This document shows, one piece after another, positions 43,112-52,675 of a stretch of 64,000 bases of DNA. The stretch comes from a virus, in IMG/VR virus record IMGVR_UViG_3300045988_159113; one strand, 5' to 3'. How positions within the stretch are numbered: position 1 is the first letter of the stretch; each line of letters opens with the position of its first letter. The notes beneath the pieces were generated by a model. The model did no database searches. It worked only from the letters and a program-made list of their open reading frames with translations, and was not told where the DNA came from. Both the position numbers and the translations under genes were made by a program.

Positions 43112-43857
43112 GCGTAGTATTGCCAACAAAGAAAGTAACAGCTGAAACACAGGATCCAAAGAACCTTATCATTTACGGAGCGCCTAAGGTCGGGAAAACG
43201 ACTCTGTTAGCAGAACTACCCGAGTCTCTATTAATAGATACAGAGGGCGGTTCTTCTTATGTATCAGCAGTAAAAGTAAAAGCAACAACGATTCCGGAAT
43301 TAACGGAAGTATGCAAGGCTATCTTGGATGCTGGCAAACCATATAAATTTCTTATTCTCGATACCATCACAGCACTCGAAGAGATGTGTAAGCCATTGGC
43401 CGCTAAGTTGTATATGTCAACACCAATGGGTAAGAATTACACAGGAGGAGCTGAGGGAATTCTTAATCTGCCGCAAGGCGCGGGTTGGGGGTATCTCAGG
43501 CAGGCTATCGAGAAAGTTATTGATATGGTTTCAAAGTGTTCCGAGAACTTGGTGATCGTAGGACATGTAAAGGATAAGGCTATCGTAGATGCCGAAGGAA
43601 AGGAAGCTGGCAGCATTAAAGATTTCGACCTAAGTGGTAAAACTGGTCGAATACTTGCAGCCAAGTCAGACGGGATCGGATTTTGCCATAGAGACAAAGA
43701 TTCTAACCTTTGCATTAACTTTGAAAACGGCGGTCTGGTTACTGCTGGTGCTCGTCCTAAGCACTTAGCCAATAAGGATATCATAGTTGCAGAAAACAAT
43801 GGTGATGGAACGTTCACCTCTCATTGGGAAAGAATATTCCCTTCTTTGAAAGCATGA
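43108..43857 (+). CDS. AAA_24 / Sak4-like RecA-fold ATPase (recombination)
   Basis: NLIIYGAPKVGKTTLLAELPESLLIDTEGG and FLILDTIT. Confidence 0.7.
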   Translation: MSVVLPTKKVTAETQDPKNLIIYGAPKVGKTTLLAELPESLLIDTEGGSSYVSAVKVKATTIPELTEVCKAILDAGKPYKFLILDTITALEEMCKPLAAKLYMSTPMGKNYTGGAEGILNLPQGAGWGYLRQAIEKVIDMVSKCSENLVIVGHVKDKAIVDAEGKEAGSIKDFDLSGKTGRILAAKSDGIGFCHRDKDSNLCINFENGGLVTAGARPKHLANKDIIVAENNGDGTFTSHWERIFPSLKA

Positions 43858-44387
43858 TTTTGAATTACATTTTCTCTATCGATACTGACACGATGGAGTT
43901 TACAATTAGAGATGCTGAAGCTCCAAAGAATGCAGTAAGCGTAAAGCTTTCTGTTTCTGAAGAGCCGAAGCTTGTGTTGAGCGATAACAAGTTCACATTG
44001 AACGATGAGGCTATACGTTTCTTACGTGTCAGTGTGGGCGATAAGATCGCTATAGTGTTTGATTCAATCGGTAGACCCATGATCGGGTCTGCCGATTCCT
44101 TGCACATAGACGGAGGGAACAAGTTGACTAAGTCAAAGACTGTATCTTTCCGTGGAAAGATGAATGGGCAGCTTGCCAAGTTTGGTAATGAGTTCATTAT
44201 TAAGGAAGATGGCGAAGGTATAGGAGTCCTTACTTCCAACGGTGAGCCTATCGAAGTTGTCGAGGAAGCGGTACCTGATGAAGAGCCGCCAGAGAAAACC
44301 GACAACTCTATAGCTACCGATCTTTTTGATCTTGTAGGAAGTGATGACGATTTCACTATGAGTTCGTTTGATTTTTCTTTTAAATGA
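43854..44387 (+). CDS. hypothetical protein with acidic C-terminal region
   Basis: The ATG at 43854 forms an ATGA overlap, within ORF 43824..44387. Confidence 0.55.
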   Translation: MILNYIFSIDTDTMEFTIRDAEAPKNAVSVKLSVSEEPKLVLSDNKFTLNDEAIRFLRVSVGDKIAIVFDSIGRPMIGSADSLHIDGGNKLTKSKTVSFRGKMNGQLAKFGNEFIIKEDGEGIGVLTSNGEPIEVVEEAVPDEEPPEKTDNSIATDLFDLVGSDDDFTMSSFDFSFK

Positions 44388-44449
44388 CTAAACCTTTTAT
44401 GTTTAGGTTAGTCTTATCATTGAGTATAAACAAAAAAACAGTTTAAATT

Positions 44450-45160
44450 ATGTTGGATTTTTCAATTAACAGTAGTGTTTCAGCAGTATCAAACAGTATT
44501 AAGCAGCTCGCACCTTTTGCAATCTATGACGTAAAATATGAGAAAAGTGAAATCGTAGAGTTTGACGGAAAGAAAGACCCAAGCCAGCACTATAAGACGC
44601 TTCGTGTTCGGTTTAGTAATGCTGACGGATATTACGAGGAAACAATTTTCTTTCCTACTCCTGCTGATGCTGAGAGAAGGAAGTTTGAAAACTCCGATGG
44701 AACAACTCGCGAGATGCCAAGCAACTGGGAGAGAACCAAGTTCTTCATGGCTCAGGTTATGGAAGTTTTGAATCCCGATGGATATAAGAAGTTCTGTGAG
44801 GCAAGTTCCAAGTTTAAGGATTTCGAGATGATGGCCAACGCATTCATCAAGGTCCTCGAGCCCGCAGTTGGTAAGGAGACAAAACTGAAGCTCATGGGTC
44901 GTACTGATGCCAACGGCAACGTACATGCTGTACTTCCAAATTTCTTGAACATCAGCAAGGAAGGCCAGCTTTATGTATCTACAAACTTCATTGGTGACCG
45001 TGTGTTCTTCTCTACTTATGAGGAGGGCCAGGTTCAAAAGTTCAAGAACGCCAAGCCTACAACTATGCCTGACCTTGCAGCTGATCCGCTCGCAATCACA
45101 CCGAAGGCTGAGGAAACTAAGAAGGACGACGTGATCGATCTTGACAGTTTGCTTTCATAA
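44450..45160 (+). CDS. hypothetical protein with acidic C-terminal tail (possible ssDNA-binding protein)
   Basis: 236 aa. Located between the recombinase-like ATPase and the primase. The tail KKDDVIDLDSLLS resembles SSB acidic tips. No OB-fold was recognised by eye. Confidence 0.5.
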   Translation: MLDFSINSSVSAVSNSIKQLAPFAIYDVKYEKSEIVEFDGKKDPSQHYKTLRVRFSNADGYYEETIFFPTPADAERRKFENSDGTTREMPSNWERTKFFMAQVMEVLNPDGYKKFCEASSKFKDFEMMANAFIKVLEPAVGKETKLKLMGRTDANGNVHAVLPNFLNISKEGQLYVSTNFIGDRVFFSTYEEGQVQKFKNAKPTTMPDLAADPLAITPKAEETKKDDVIDLDSLLS

Positions 45161-45178
45161 TATTATGGTTTTATTTTA

Positions 45179-45203
45179 GGGAGGGGTTCGCCCCTCCCTT
45201 TTT
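45179..45203 (+). terminator. rho-independent terminator
   Basis: GGGAGGGG-ttcg-CCCCTCCC followed by a T5 run. Confidence 0.8.
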
Positions 45204-45232
45204 AATATTATCATTGTCAAAACTATGATATT

Positions 45233-46246
45233 ATGCCACTTGACTTTGAAATAGAACCAATCCTGAACAAGGACTTCTTGCTTGGACATTATACCGAGGA
45301 AACGTATATGTCCCACTATACGGGCCTACCTATAAAGAAGGGCCTGTTCCTTTCTCCGCTTCGTGAGGATAGGAAACCGTCAGTCGCTTTTTACAGAACG
45401 AGTAATGGGCAACTTATCTATAAGGATTTCGGAGACAATACACACGTTAGCTTTATTGGGCTTGTGATGAAGATGTATTCGCTGAGTTATTACCAGGCGA
45501 TACGAAAGATTGCCGAAGACTTCGGACTTGTAAAAAGAAAGAGTCAGGAAGCAATAGCAACAAAACCGATTAAGGTAATCAATACAAGATTTGAAGAATC
45601 GAAGCCTTCAATTATAAATGTTGAAGTGCAGGATTTCACAGATCGGGATATCGCGTGGTGGAGACAATACAACATAAGTGTTGAACTGCTGCAAAAGTTC
45701 CATGTCTATTCTTGCAAGTATGTCTTCCTAAACTCTAGAATCTTCGCTGAATGTACGGATAAAAACCCGATCTATGGGTATTATTTCGGAAAGAAAAACG
45801 GAGAGGAGAAATGGAAGATATACATGCCAAAGAGAACGGAATGGAAATGGATTTGCAACACAGGAAACGAAACGATACAAGGATATCGTGAGCTTCCACC
45901 TCGCGGAAATGTTTGTGTCATTACGAAATCTTTAAAAGATGTATTGTGTCTTAGGTCGTTCGGCATCTATGCAGTCGCCCCTAACAGTGAACACTTATTC
46001 GTATCTGATGAGATACTGGAGAATCTAAAGCGTAGATTCAAGACTATCGTAGTCTTATATGATAATGACCACACCGGCATGAGGCGAACCGTAGAGATAC
46101 GGCAACAACATCCCGAGCTGTTTTACGCGCTGATTCCTAAATGTTCAGGCTGTAAAGATCTATCTGATTATGTGAAAACAAACGGAGTAGAAAAAGCTAA
46201 AAGTTTAATCAATGAGTACGTCAAATACATCAGGAGTTCCAAATAG
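45233..46246 (+). CDS. TOPRIM-domain DNA primase
   Basis: SPLREDRKPSVAFY (degenerate zinc-finger-like segment). TOPRIM: VCVITKSLKDVLCL...IVVLYDNDHTGMR. Ends in TAG. Confidence 0.7.
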   Translation: MPLDFEIEPILNKDFLLGHYTEETYMSHYTGLPIKKGLFLSPLREDRKPSVAFYRTSNGQLIYKDFGDNTHVSFIGLVMKMYSLSYYQAIRKIAEDFGLVKRKSQEAIATKPIKVINTRFEESKPSIINVEVQDFTDRDIAWWRQYNISVELLQKFHVYSCKYVFLNSRIFAECTDKNPIYGYYFGKKNGEEKWKIYMPKRTEWKWICNTGNETIQGYRELPPRGNVCVITKSLKDVLCLRSFGIYAVAPNSEHLFVSDEILENLKRRFKTIVVLYDNDHTGMRRTVEIRQQHPELFYALIPKCSGCKDLSDYVKTNGVEKAKSLINEYVKYIRSSK

Positions 46247-46502
46247 TTTCTTTGGTCATACAATCAGAGCGACGCAAAAACAGCTTGAGCTATTGCTTGG
46301 ATTTGATCATAATGCAAGCAAAGACGGGAAAAGTCGGTGCATCTGGCATAAGACAATCGACGATATGCCTTTTTGTGTGTATGATTGGAAGATGGAAGCA
46401 GAGCCAGACGAAACTATAGACTGGCACATTGGAGCGAGAAACGAAGAAGAAAGTAAAAAGATACAACGAATTTTGAATAATGTAAAAACTAATGAATTAT
46501 GA
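46212..46502 (+). CDS. hypothetical protein
   Basis: 96-aa ORF. Overlaps the primase 3' end by 35 nt. There is no later ATG. Confidence 0.5.
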   Translation: MSTSNTSGVPNSFFGHTIRATQKQLELLLGFDHNASKDGKSRCIWHKTIDDMPFCVYDWKMEAEPDETIDWHIGARNEEESKKIQRILNNVKTNEL

Positions 46503-47089
46503 GACCACCTTTTTTTAAACCATCATGTAAAGACACATCGTGCAAGGTAACATTCCCCGATGGCCACACATAGGAATTTGAGACAATCGAACAGGCAGCA
46601 GAAGCAACTGGTGTATCACTCGCAGCATTGAAGAAGCGCTGCAAGTATCCAGGGAAGGAAACGAAAGACGGGATACTCTGCGAGTATCTCAACCCTGCTA
46701 TGCTCCGCAAGGTTCGTAATAAAGCGAACAGAAGCAAAGGCTGCTCTTTCGAGCGCGATATTATCAATAGGCTCAAAGAGGAAGGATTTGAGGAATGTGT
46801 ATCCTCTCGTCAGTACTCTCGAGCTATGGATAAGGCAAAGATTGATGTATGCGATCCAAGCGGTAAACTTCCGGTATATATTCAAGCGAAGTATACGACA
46901 AGCACGCCACAGTATACAAAGATCAAGAATGCCTGCCCGTTTGATGATAAGCCTTTCGTGACTATCTGGAAGCAGGCAACTAGAGATGGGAGTAACAGTC
47001 CCGGAACGATTGTGATGTTAGACTACGAGTTTTTTATTCAACTTTTAAAAAGTTTTGTCAAGGATGATTGCAATAATAGCAGTATATGA
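46499..47089 (+). CDS. HTH + PD-(D/E)xK (Holliday-junction-resolvase-like) nuclease containing one in-frame TAG at 46571..46573
   Basis: The ATG at 46499 forms an ATGA overlap with the upstream stop. MRPPFFKPSCKDTSCKVTFPDGHT-TAG-EFETIEQAAEATGVSLAALKKRC... then GCSFERDIINRLKEEGF...DVCDPSGKLPVYIQAKY. The track ORF (46628..) starts inside the HTH. Confidence 0.65.
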
Positions 47090-47303
47090 TAACACTAACG
47101 GTCACATATACGTACAAAAGTTAGGACAGTTTGACCACGTAGACAATGAGAAAGCACAGGAAGCCGTGCGAGATTTCCTTGTTGATAACTACTGGGCACG
47201 AGAGTTTGCACAAAAGGCAAAAATGCATAGCTACGACTATGATGAACTAATTGAAGACGCAGCATGCGATGGAGTTATAATTGGTGGAATACAATACCTT
47301 TAA
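47064..47303 (+). CDS. hypothetical protein
   Basis: ORF 47055..47303. ATG at 47064. Confidence 0.5.
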   Translation: MIAIIAVYDNTNGHIYVQKLGQFDHVDNEKAQEAVRDFLVDNYWAREFAQKAKMHSYDYDELIEDAACDGVIIGGIQYL

Positions 47304-47304
47304 T

Positions 47305-47694
47305 ATGAGAATAACGGCTATGATACTTGTCATTTTTACTGTTATTGGTGTGTTGATTTTTGCTTTGTTAAATTTCAGAACTTCCGAGTTTGAAACATTC
47401 GTCCCGTACGAATACAGGCTTTGTGCTGATGAGGCATATAACATAGACAAGATCGATGTCGCTAATGATTACATGCAATCAACGGTCAAGATTTTCAAAG
47501 ATAATATAACTATTACGGATTACTACAGCAATAAATCCGAGTATGGTGCCATTATCAGAAACGGGAAAATCAAAGAAGACCGAGCAGTATTTGAAGATTG
47601 CGATTTCCCCGATCTTCTTATGATTAAAAATGGCAACGGGGACATTGAGTGTTTAGTAAATGATAAACCATTCATGTACTTTTATTGTAAATGA
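47305..47694 (+). CDS. membrane-anchored hypothetical protein
   Basis: The ATG at 47305 lies 2 nt after the upstream stop. N-terminal transmembrane segment AMILVIFTVIGVLIFALL. Confidence 0.55.
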   Translation: MRITAMILVIFTVIGVLIFALLNFRTSEFETFVPYEYRLCADEAYNIDKIDVANDYMQSTVKIFKDNITITDYYSNKSEYGAIIRNGKIKEDRAVFEDCDFPDLLMIKNGNGDIECLVNDKPFMYFYCK

Positions 47695-48179
47695 TAAAGA
47701 TAGGGCTAGATTTAGATGATACCATAAACTATTGGTACGACGTGTATGTCAAGAGGTTTGGCATACCAAAATCTGATAGTGAGATTACGCATAATGTCTG
47801 GAATGTGCTAAGGCATGACCAGGAATTTTGGGAGACCCTGCCAGTCAAGAACAGGCCGGTAGGGTTTGTTCCGGAATTGTATTGTACATCTCGAGTAAAC
47901 AACAAGAGATGGACGAGAAACTGGTTGAAGAAAAACGATTTTCCGAATAAGCCGATATATCAGCGTTTTGGTTTTGGGTTATCCAAAGCGCCATTGATAA
48001 AGGGAAGGGTTGACGTCTTTATTGACGACAGCCCTTTTAATGTTTTTGACCTAAACAAAAAAGGAATCCCTTGTTTGATGTTGACAACCCCAGCGAATGC
48101 TCACATACGTTTTGATTATAGAATAGAAAGTTTAAACTATGAAGAAATCAAAATCCAATATGAAAAAATTATTCAATAA
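47691..48179 (+). CDS. HAD-superfamily 5'(3')-deoxyribonucleotidase-like protein
   Basis: IGLDLDDTI (DxDxT motif I) and VDVFIDDSPFN (motif IV). Confidence 0.55.
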   Translation: MIKIGLDLDDTINYWYDVYVKRFGIPKSDSEITHNVWNVLRHDQEFWETLPVKNRPVGFVPELYCTSRVNNKRWTRNWLKKNDFPNKPIYQRFGFGLSKAPLIKGRVDVFIDDSPFNVFDLNKKGIPCLMLTTPANAHIRFDYRIESLNYEEIKIQYEKIIQ

Positions 48180-48315
48180 ATTGAAAAAGGGTTTCTCTTT
48201 CAATTTGTTTTTTCTCATTACTTGGACCATACTGATTTGTGTAGTTGTGCCGCTCTGTGGTAGATGTGAGAACACACAAGAAGACTATGGCGAAGATTTA
48301 ACGATTGACTTTTAA
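48160..48315 (+). CDS. possible small membrane protein (51 aa)
   Basis: MKKLFNKLKKGFSFNLFFLITWTILICVVVPLC... Overlaps the upstream gene by 20 nt. Confidence 0.3.
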   Translation: MKKLFNKLKKGFSFNLFFLITWTILICVVVPLCGRCENTQEDYGEDLTIDF

Positions 48316-48395
48316 ACTTTTCATTCTTTCTTTAGTCTAATTTTAAGATAACAAATTAAAAAGATAATCATTATGAAACAAAAAGTATATATGAA

Positions 48396-50828
48396 ATGCC
48401 TAGGCAGGAAGGAAAAACAGACATTTTTGTCAACGACTTATTGCGTAAGTCAGGGATCAGTCTCTCATCACAAGATGCAGATATAAATATTGACCTAAGG
48501 GATGCGTTGCAAACTGCATCCAAGAATGGGACAGGCAATATAGGCTATCCTGATTATTGTGGAATTGTCAACGGGTATGTCTTCGTTATAGAAGATAAGG
48601 CGAGCGTTTACGATCACGCCAAGTATCTTGACGATAAAGAGACAGAACTTGATATGTCCCAGCAAGCCATCAAGAAGTACGCACTCAATGGTGCTGTTCA
48701 TTATGCCATTAAGATAATGGCAAGTGCACCGTATGAGCAACTGTTCGGTTTTGGAGTTTCCGGAAATGAAGATGGGTATCGTATCACTCCGTTCTTTCTA
48801 AGATCGAGAGAAACGAAACCTATGATTCTTGAACCAGTCAATGATTTCAACTCATTCTCTCATAGCAATATCGGAACGTATTATTGTATGAATGTTTTGA
48901 AAGAGGAGATTGATGTGAATAAAACAGAAGAAGAAATACAGAGAGATGCAGCAGAACTTCATGAGTTCTTGCGAAGTTATGGATCTCTTACAACAGAACA
49001 GAAGCCAATAATTGTTTCTGGAATTTTGATTGCTTTATCTGAAATTGATTACAAGAATTTTGACATTAATACTTTGATTTGTGATAAAACATCAAGTGAT
49101 GGAGAAAAGATTTTTGTAGCAATTAAAAAGGCACTCAAAAGAATTTCTGTTGAAAATAGTTTAATACTTCGACAGTTCTCGCTCATCGCTTCTAACATTC
49201 AAATCAACACAACAAATTCAAAACTTGGCAAGACTCCGCTAAGATTTTTCACTGAGTTTTTATACAATCGTATTTTCAAAAACATAAAATACGTTGCATC
49301 TCCTACAGATTTCATTGGTAGATTTTATAATGAATTCATATCATATTCTGGTGGAGACGGTCAGACTTTGGGTATCATTTTGACGCCTACACATATCACA
49401 CAACTCTTTTGTGATCTTGTTAACCTTACAGATAAGGATAAAGTATTCGATCCATGTTGCGGAACTGGTGGGTTCTTGATTGCTGCTTTACATAACATGA
49501 TAGAGAAAAGCGGAAAGACAGACGAGGAAGTACGAAGGATTAAAAACAACCAGCTGTTCGGCATTGAAATGCAAGACTATATGTACACAGTTGGTTTTAC
49601 TAATCTATTGTTGCGTAGTTGTAACACAAACAATTTGATTTGTGATAGTTTTTTCAACATCAATACTAATCATTTATCAGGAAATGGATTCACTGTTGGA
49701 ATGATTAATCCTCCTTATTCTCAAGGCTCATCTAAAGATAAAACGCTATATGAAATTAATTTCATATTTCGTATGCTTGGATGTTTAGCACCAGGAGCTA
49801 GGGGAATTGCAATTGTTCCACAATCTACAATGGTTGGAAATTCAAAAGCTGAACTTGAAATCAAAAGAGAAATTCTTGAACGCCATACTTTAGAGGGAGT
49901 GATTACTTTAAATCCTCAGACATTCTTCGGTGTGGGAGTTAATCCTTGTATCTGTATATTTACAGCAGGAACTCCACACAGAAAGGACAAGTTTGTCAAG
50001 TTTATTGATTTTACTGACGATGGATATGTTGCAGAACCAAAACGTGGATTGGTTAAAACTGAAAGTGCAGATGCTAAAAAAGCACATATGTTACAAGTGT
50101 GGAATGACGAAATTGTTGATGATGATATATGTGTGAAACATAAAATAAATTTTAATGATGATTGGATTTACAATGCTCAAAAAAACAATGAACTAAATTT
50201 AATAAATGAATTATTTGTTCCATATAAAGAAAAAGAAGAATTAACAAAAATAATATCAAAGTTAGACACCTTAATTTTATCAAAGCCAAATATTCCGAGG
50301 CCAACAATAGTAGGAAAAGCTACTGCCGATTTTCATATTGATCAAATATTTGATGTGAAAATGTCGAAGTCTATAAATAATAACAAATTAAACAGTACAC
50401 CTGGAAATATTCCATATATTACAAGGACAGGATTAAATAACGGCATCCTGAAATTTGTATGTGAACAGGGAATCGAAAAACTTAATCCTGGCAATGTCAT
50501 AACAATTGGGGTAGATACACAAACTGTATTCTATCAAAAACAAGCTTTCTATTGTGGAAACAATGTTCTTTCTTTATCATCCGAAAACGTTGATCAATAC
50601 ATCGGCGTTTTCATAGTTGGGATATTAGACCAGATTGTAAAAAAGAAATACAACTATGGATATGGCGCAACATTAACAAGGATTAAAAATCTCGAAATCC
50701 CTCTTCCCATCACTTCCGACGGAAAGCCAGACTGGGAATTTATGTCTGACTATATAAAAACACAATTTCAAATTGTATTTGAGGAAGAACTGAAACGACT
50801 AAAATCTAAACTCGATGAGTGGTATTGA
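48396..50828 (+). CDS. single-chain restriction-modification enzyme (MmeI-like type IIG/IIL): PD-ExK nuclease + gamma-class N6-adenine MTase + TRD
   Basis: GYPDYCGIVNGYVFVIEDKAS (PD...EDK), VFDPCCGTGGFLIA (SAM motif I), GMINPPYSQG (motif IV NPPY). The C-terminal ~230 aa are HsdS-like TRD (GNIPYITRTGLNNG...). Confidence 0.7.
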   Translation: MPRQEGKTDIFVNDLLRKSGISLSSQDADINIDLRDALQTASKNGTGNIGYPDYCGIVNGYVFVIEDKASVYDHAKYLDDKETELDMSQQAIKKYALNGAVHYAIKIMASAPYEQLFGFGVSGNEDGYRITPFFLRSRETKPMILEPVNDFNSFSHSNIGTYYCMNVLKEEIDVNKTEEEIQRDAAELHEFLRSYGSLTTEQKPIIVSGILIALSEIDYKNFDINTLICDKTSSDGEKIFVAIKKALKRISVENSLILRQFSLIASNIQINTTNSKLGKTPLRFFTEFLYNRIFKNIKYVASPTDFIGRFYNEFISYSGGDGQTLGIILTPTHITQLFCDLVNLTDKDKVFDPCCGTGGFLIAALHNMIEKSGKTDEEVRRIKNNQLFGIEMQDYMYTVGFTNLLLRSCNTNNLICDSFFNINTNHLSGNGFTVGMINPPYSQGSSKDKTLYEINFIFRMLGCLAPGARGIAIVPQSTMVGNSKAELEIKREILERHTLEGVITLNPQTFFGVGVNPCICIFTAGTPHRKDKFVKFIDFTDDGYVAEPKRGLVKTESADAKKAHMLQVWNDEIVDDDICVKHKINFNDDWIYNAQKNNELNLINELFVPYKEKEELTKIISKLDTLILSKPNIPRPTIVGKATADFHIDQIFDVKMSKSINNNKLNSTPGNIPYITRTGLNNGILKFVCEQGIEKLNPGNVITIGVDTQTVFYQKQAFYCGNNVLSLSSENVDQYIGVFIVGILDQIVKKKYNYGYGATLTRIKNLEIPLPITSDGKPDWEFMSDYIKTQFQIVFEEELKRLKSKLDEWY

Positions 50829-51840
50829 TTTTTCTAAGATTAGAGTGAGTCCTATAATGGACTCACTCGTGATTGATAAGATAACGGATGAGGTATACTT
50901 CAGCGAGAAATACGCTGATTATATCAGCAATAGCAGGCTCAAGCTTATCAATCCAGATCAGGGTGGAAGTCCTGAACAATATTTTGAAGGATTCTCCGGA
51001 ATCTATTCAGACGCTTTGATTCAAGGTTCGGCTGTCCACGAGTTAGTACTCCAGCCAGAATATTTTGAACTGGTCGAAACAATAAACCGGCCAACAGGAA
51101 AACTCGGGTTCATTTCAGATATTGTTTACAAGAAAACCGTTCTGCCAACAGACGAAGAGCTTATAGCAGCTGCCAAAGAGGTTGATTACTATGGCGGAAA
51201 TCTTAACACTATACAGATGAAAGAGTTGAAAGCCAAAGTATTGCCATACTGTGAACAGAGAATGAACTATGAAGCAAGATACACAGGAGATAAAGAGCTT
51301 ATCTTTCTCGGTGAAGCGATGAGAGAAAAGGTCAAGGCTTGTGTCTCTAACCTCTTAGGAAATGCCGAGATCTATTCACTCCTTCATCCTACCGGGTTAT
51401 TGACAAATCCCATATCAGAGAATGAGCAAGCTATCCTTGTTGATCTAGATGTTGATGTAGAAGGCCATGAGCCGATAGTGTTAAAGCTGAAGGCAAAGCT
51501 GGATAACTTCACGATAGATAAAGAGAATAACAAACTTATTATCAACGATATCAAAACACACGGTCGAAAAATCGGAGAGTTTGGTGATGCTGTCAATAAC
51601 TGGCGGTATATGAGAGAGATGGCAGTGTATGCCACGCTGCTAAATCTTGTGGCTCAAAAGTTCTATGGTATGGATAGAACAGACATAGAGGCTAACTTCT
51701 TAGTTGTCTCTACTATTCCGCCGTATTACACAAAAGTCCACAGGTTGCGCAGGGAAGATTTCCTGATTGGTGTTGAAGAATTTCAAAGATTATTAAAAAT
51801 GGTTGCATATTATACATGCTATGGACCAGATGATGAATAA
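50815..51840 (+). CDS. RecE/exonuclease VIII-like PD-(D/E)xK nuclease
   Basis: GSAVHELVLQPEYF and LKAKLDNFTIDKENNKLIINDIKTH. Confidence 0.65.
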   Translation: MSGIDFSKIRVSPIMDSLVIDKITDEVYFSEKYADYISNSRLKLINPDQGGSPEQYFEGFSGIYSDALIQGSAVHELVLQPEYFELVETINRPTGKLGFISDIVYKKTVLPTDEELIAAAKEVDYYGGNLNTIQMKELKAKVLPYCEQRMNYEARYTGDKELIFLGEAMREKVKACVSNLLGNAEIYSLLHPTGLLTNPISENEQAILVDLDVDVEGHEPIVLKLKAKLDNFTIDKENNKLIINDIKTHGRKIGEFGDAVNNWRYMREMAVYATLLNLVAQKFYGMDRTDIEANFLVVSTIPPYYTKVHRLRREDFLIGVEEFQRLLKMVAYYTCYGPDDE

Positions 51841-52315
51841 ATTAAAAGTTTTTATATTGTTATTTTTCTTGTGCAATTTTTGCTATGCACAAAAAATATA
51901 TGTTCAAAAATACATTGAACACAGAGACACGACATGTAGATTTTTCTATAATAACGGAAATTATTCTGTACGTGAGCATCATTCAATAGTAAATGACAGA
52001 TGTAAAGAGTGCAATTCAAGAAAACTAAGAAGACCAAATCAACTAAATCAAGATGAAAACTTCCTGATTAAGTCTGGAAAATATCAGCGAAAATCAGCTG
52101 TGTTTGCTTCCTGCGCTTTAGGCTCTGCCTTAATTGGCGGCGGTCTTGTTGCGATTGAATTAAAAGAAAATCCAAATCAGCCAGTTATCGCCGCAAGCCT
52201 TGGAGGAATTTTTGGTTCAGCGTGTCTTGCTTTTACTTGCGTAGCTATTCATTACCAATATAAAGCGGGGCGGGAATTAGAAATAAATGGTACAAGTTTA
52301 AAATATAGATTCTGA
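51830..52315 (+). CDS. secreted/membrane protein
   Basis: MMNKLKVFILLFFLCNFCYAQ signal sequence. C-terminal hydrophobic segments (AVFASCALGSALIGGGLVAI, GGIFGSACLAFTCVAI). Confidence 0.55.
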   Translation: MMNKLKVFILLFFLCNFCYAQKIYVQKYIEHRDTTCRFFYNNGNYSVREHHSIVNDRCKECNSRKLRRPNQLNQDENFLIKSGKYQRKSAVFASCALGSALIGGGLVAIELKENPNQPVIAASLGGIFGSACLAFTCVAIHYQYKAGRELEINGTSLKYRF

Positions 52316-52317
52316 CA

Positions 52318-52644
52318 ATGGAATATGAAGATAAAAAACTTGAGTATATCGAACGTTTCGGTTTAGGATATATTGGTCCTGATATAGAGAAACGTTTTGT
52401 ATTAATAGGTCTTGTGTGTTATCTCACACATAAAGCAAGGGAGAAGAACCCATCGACTACGTGTTTGGAAATCGTCCAGGCTTTAAACAAAAAGTTCTGG
52501 ATTGAGAAAAGTTTACAGGAGAGGATCGCAATTATCTCAGAAGACTTTATGTACGGATGCACGAAATTTTCCACATTCGGTGTTAAACCTTCCGAGATAA
52601 TTAACACTCTAAAAGATATAATCGATGAGATGTTGCCATTTTAA
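52318..52644 (+). CDS. hypothetical protein
   Basis: 108-aa ORF. Confidence 0.55.
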   Translation: MEYEDKKLEYIERFGLGYIGPDIEKRFVLIGLVCYLTHKAREKNPSTTCLEIVQALNKKFWIEKSLQERIAIISEDFMYGCTKFSTFGVKPSEIINTLKDIIDEMLPF

Positions 52645-52675
52645 GATCAAAAAGTAAAATGAAAATACGCGATGA

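Noticed and set aside
12820-46246. Treating the four TAG-terminated ORFs (stops at 12820..12822, 15915..15917, 24511..24513, 46244..46246) as definite read-through extensions
   Set aside because: The extensions would be only 3-14 codons and have no recognisable content. The data are equally compatible with TAG acting as a stop there, so coordinates are left at the TAG.
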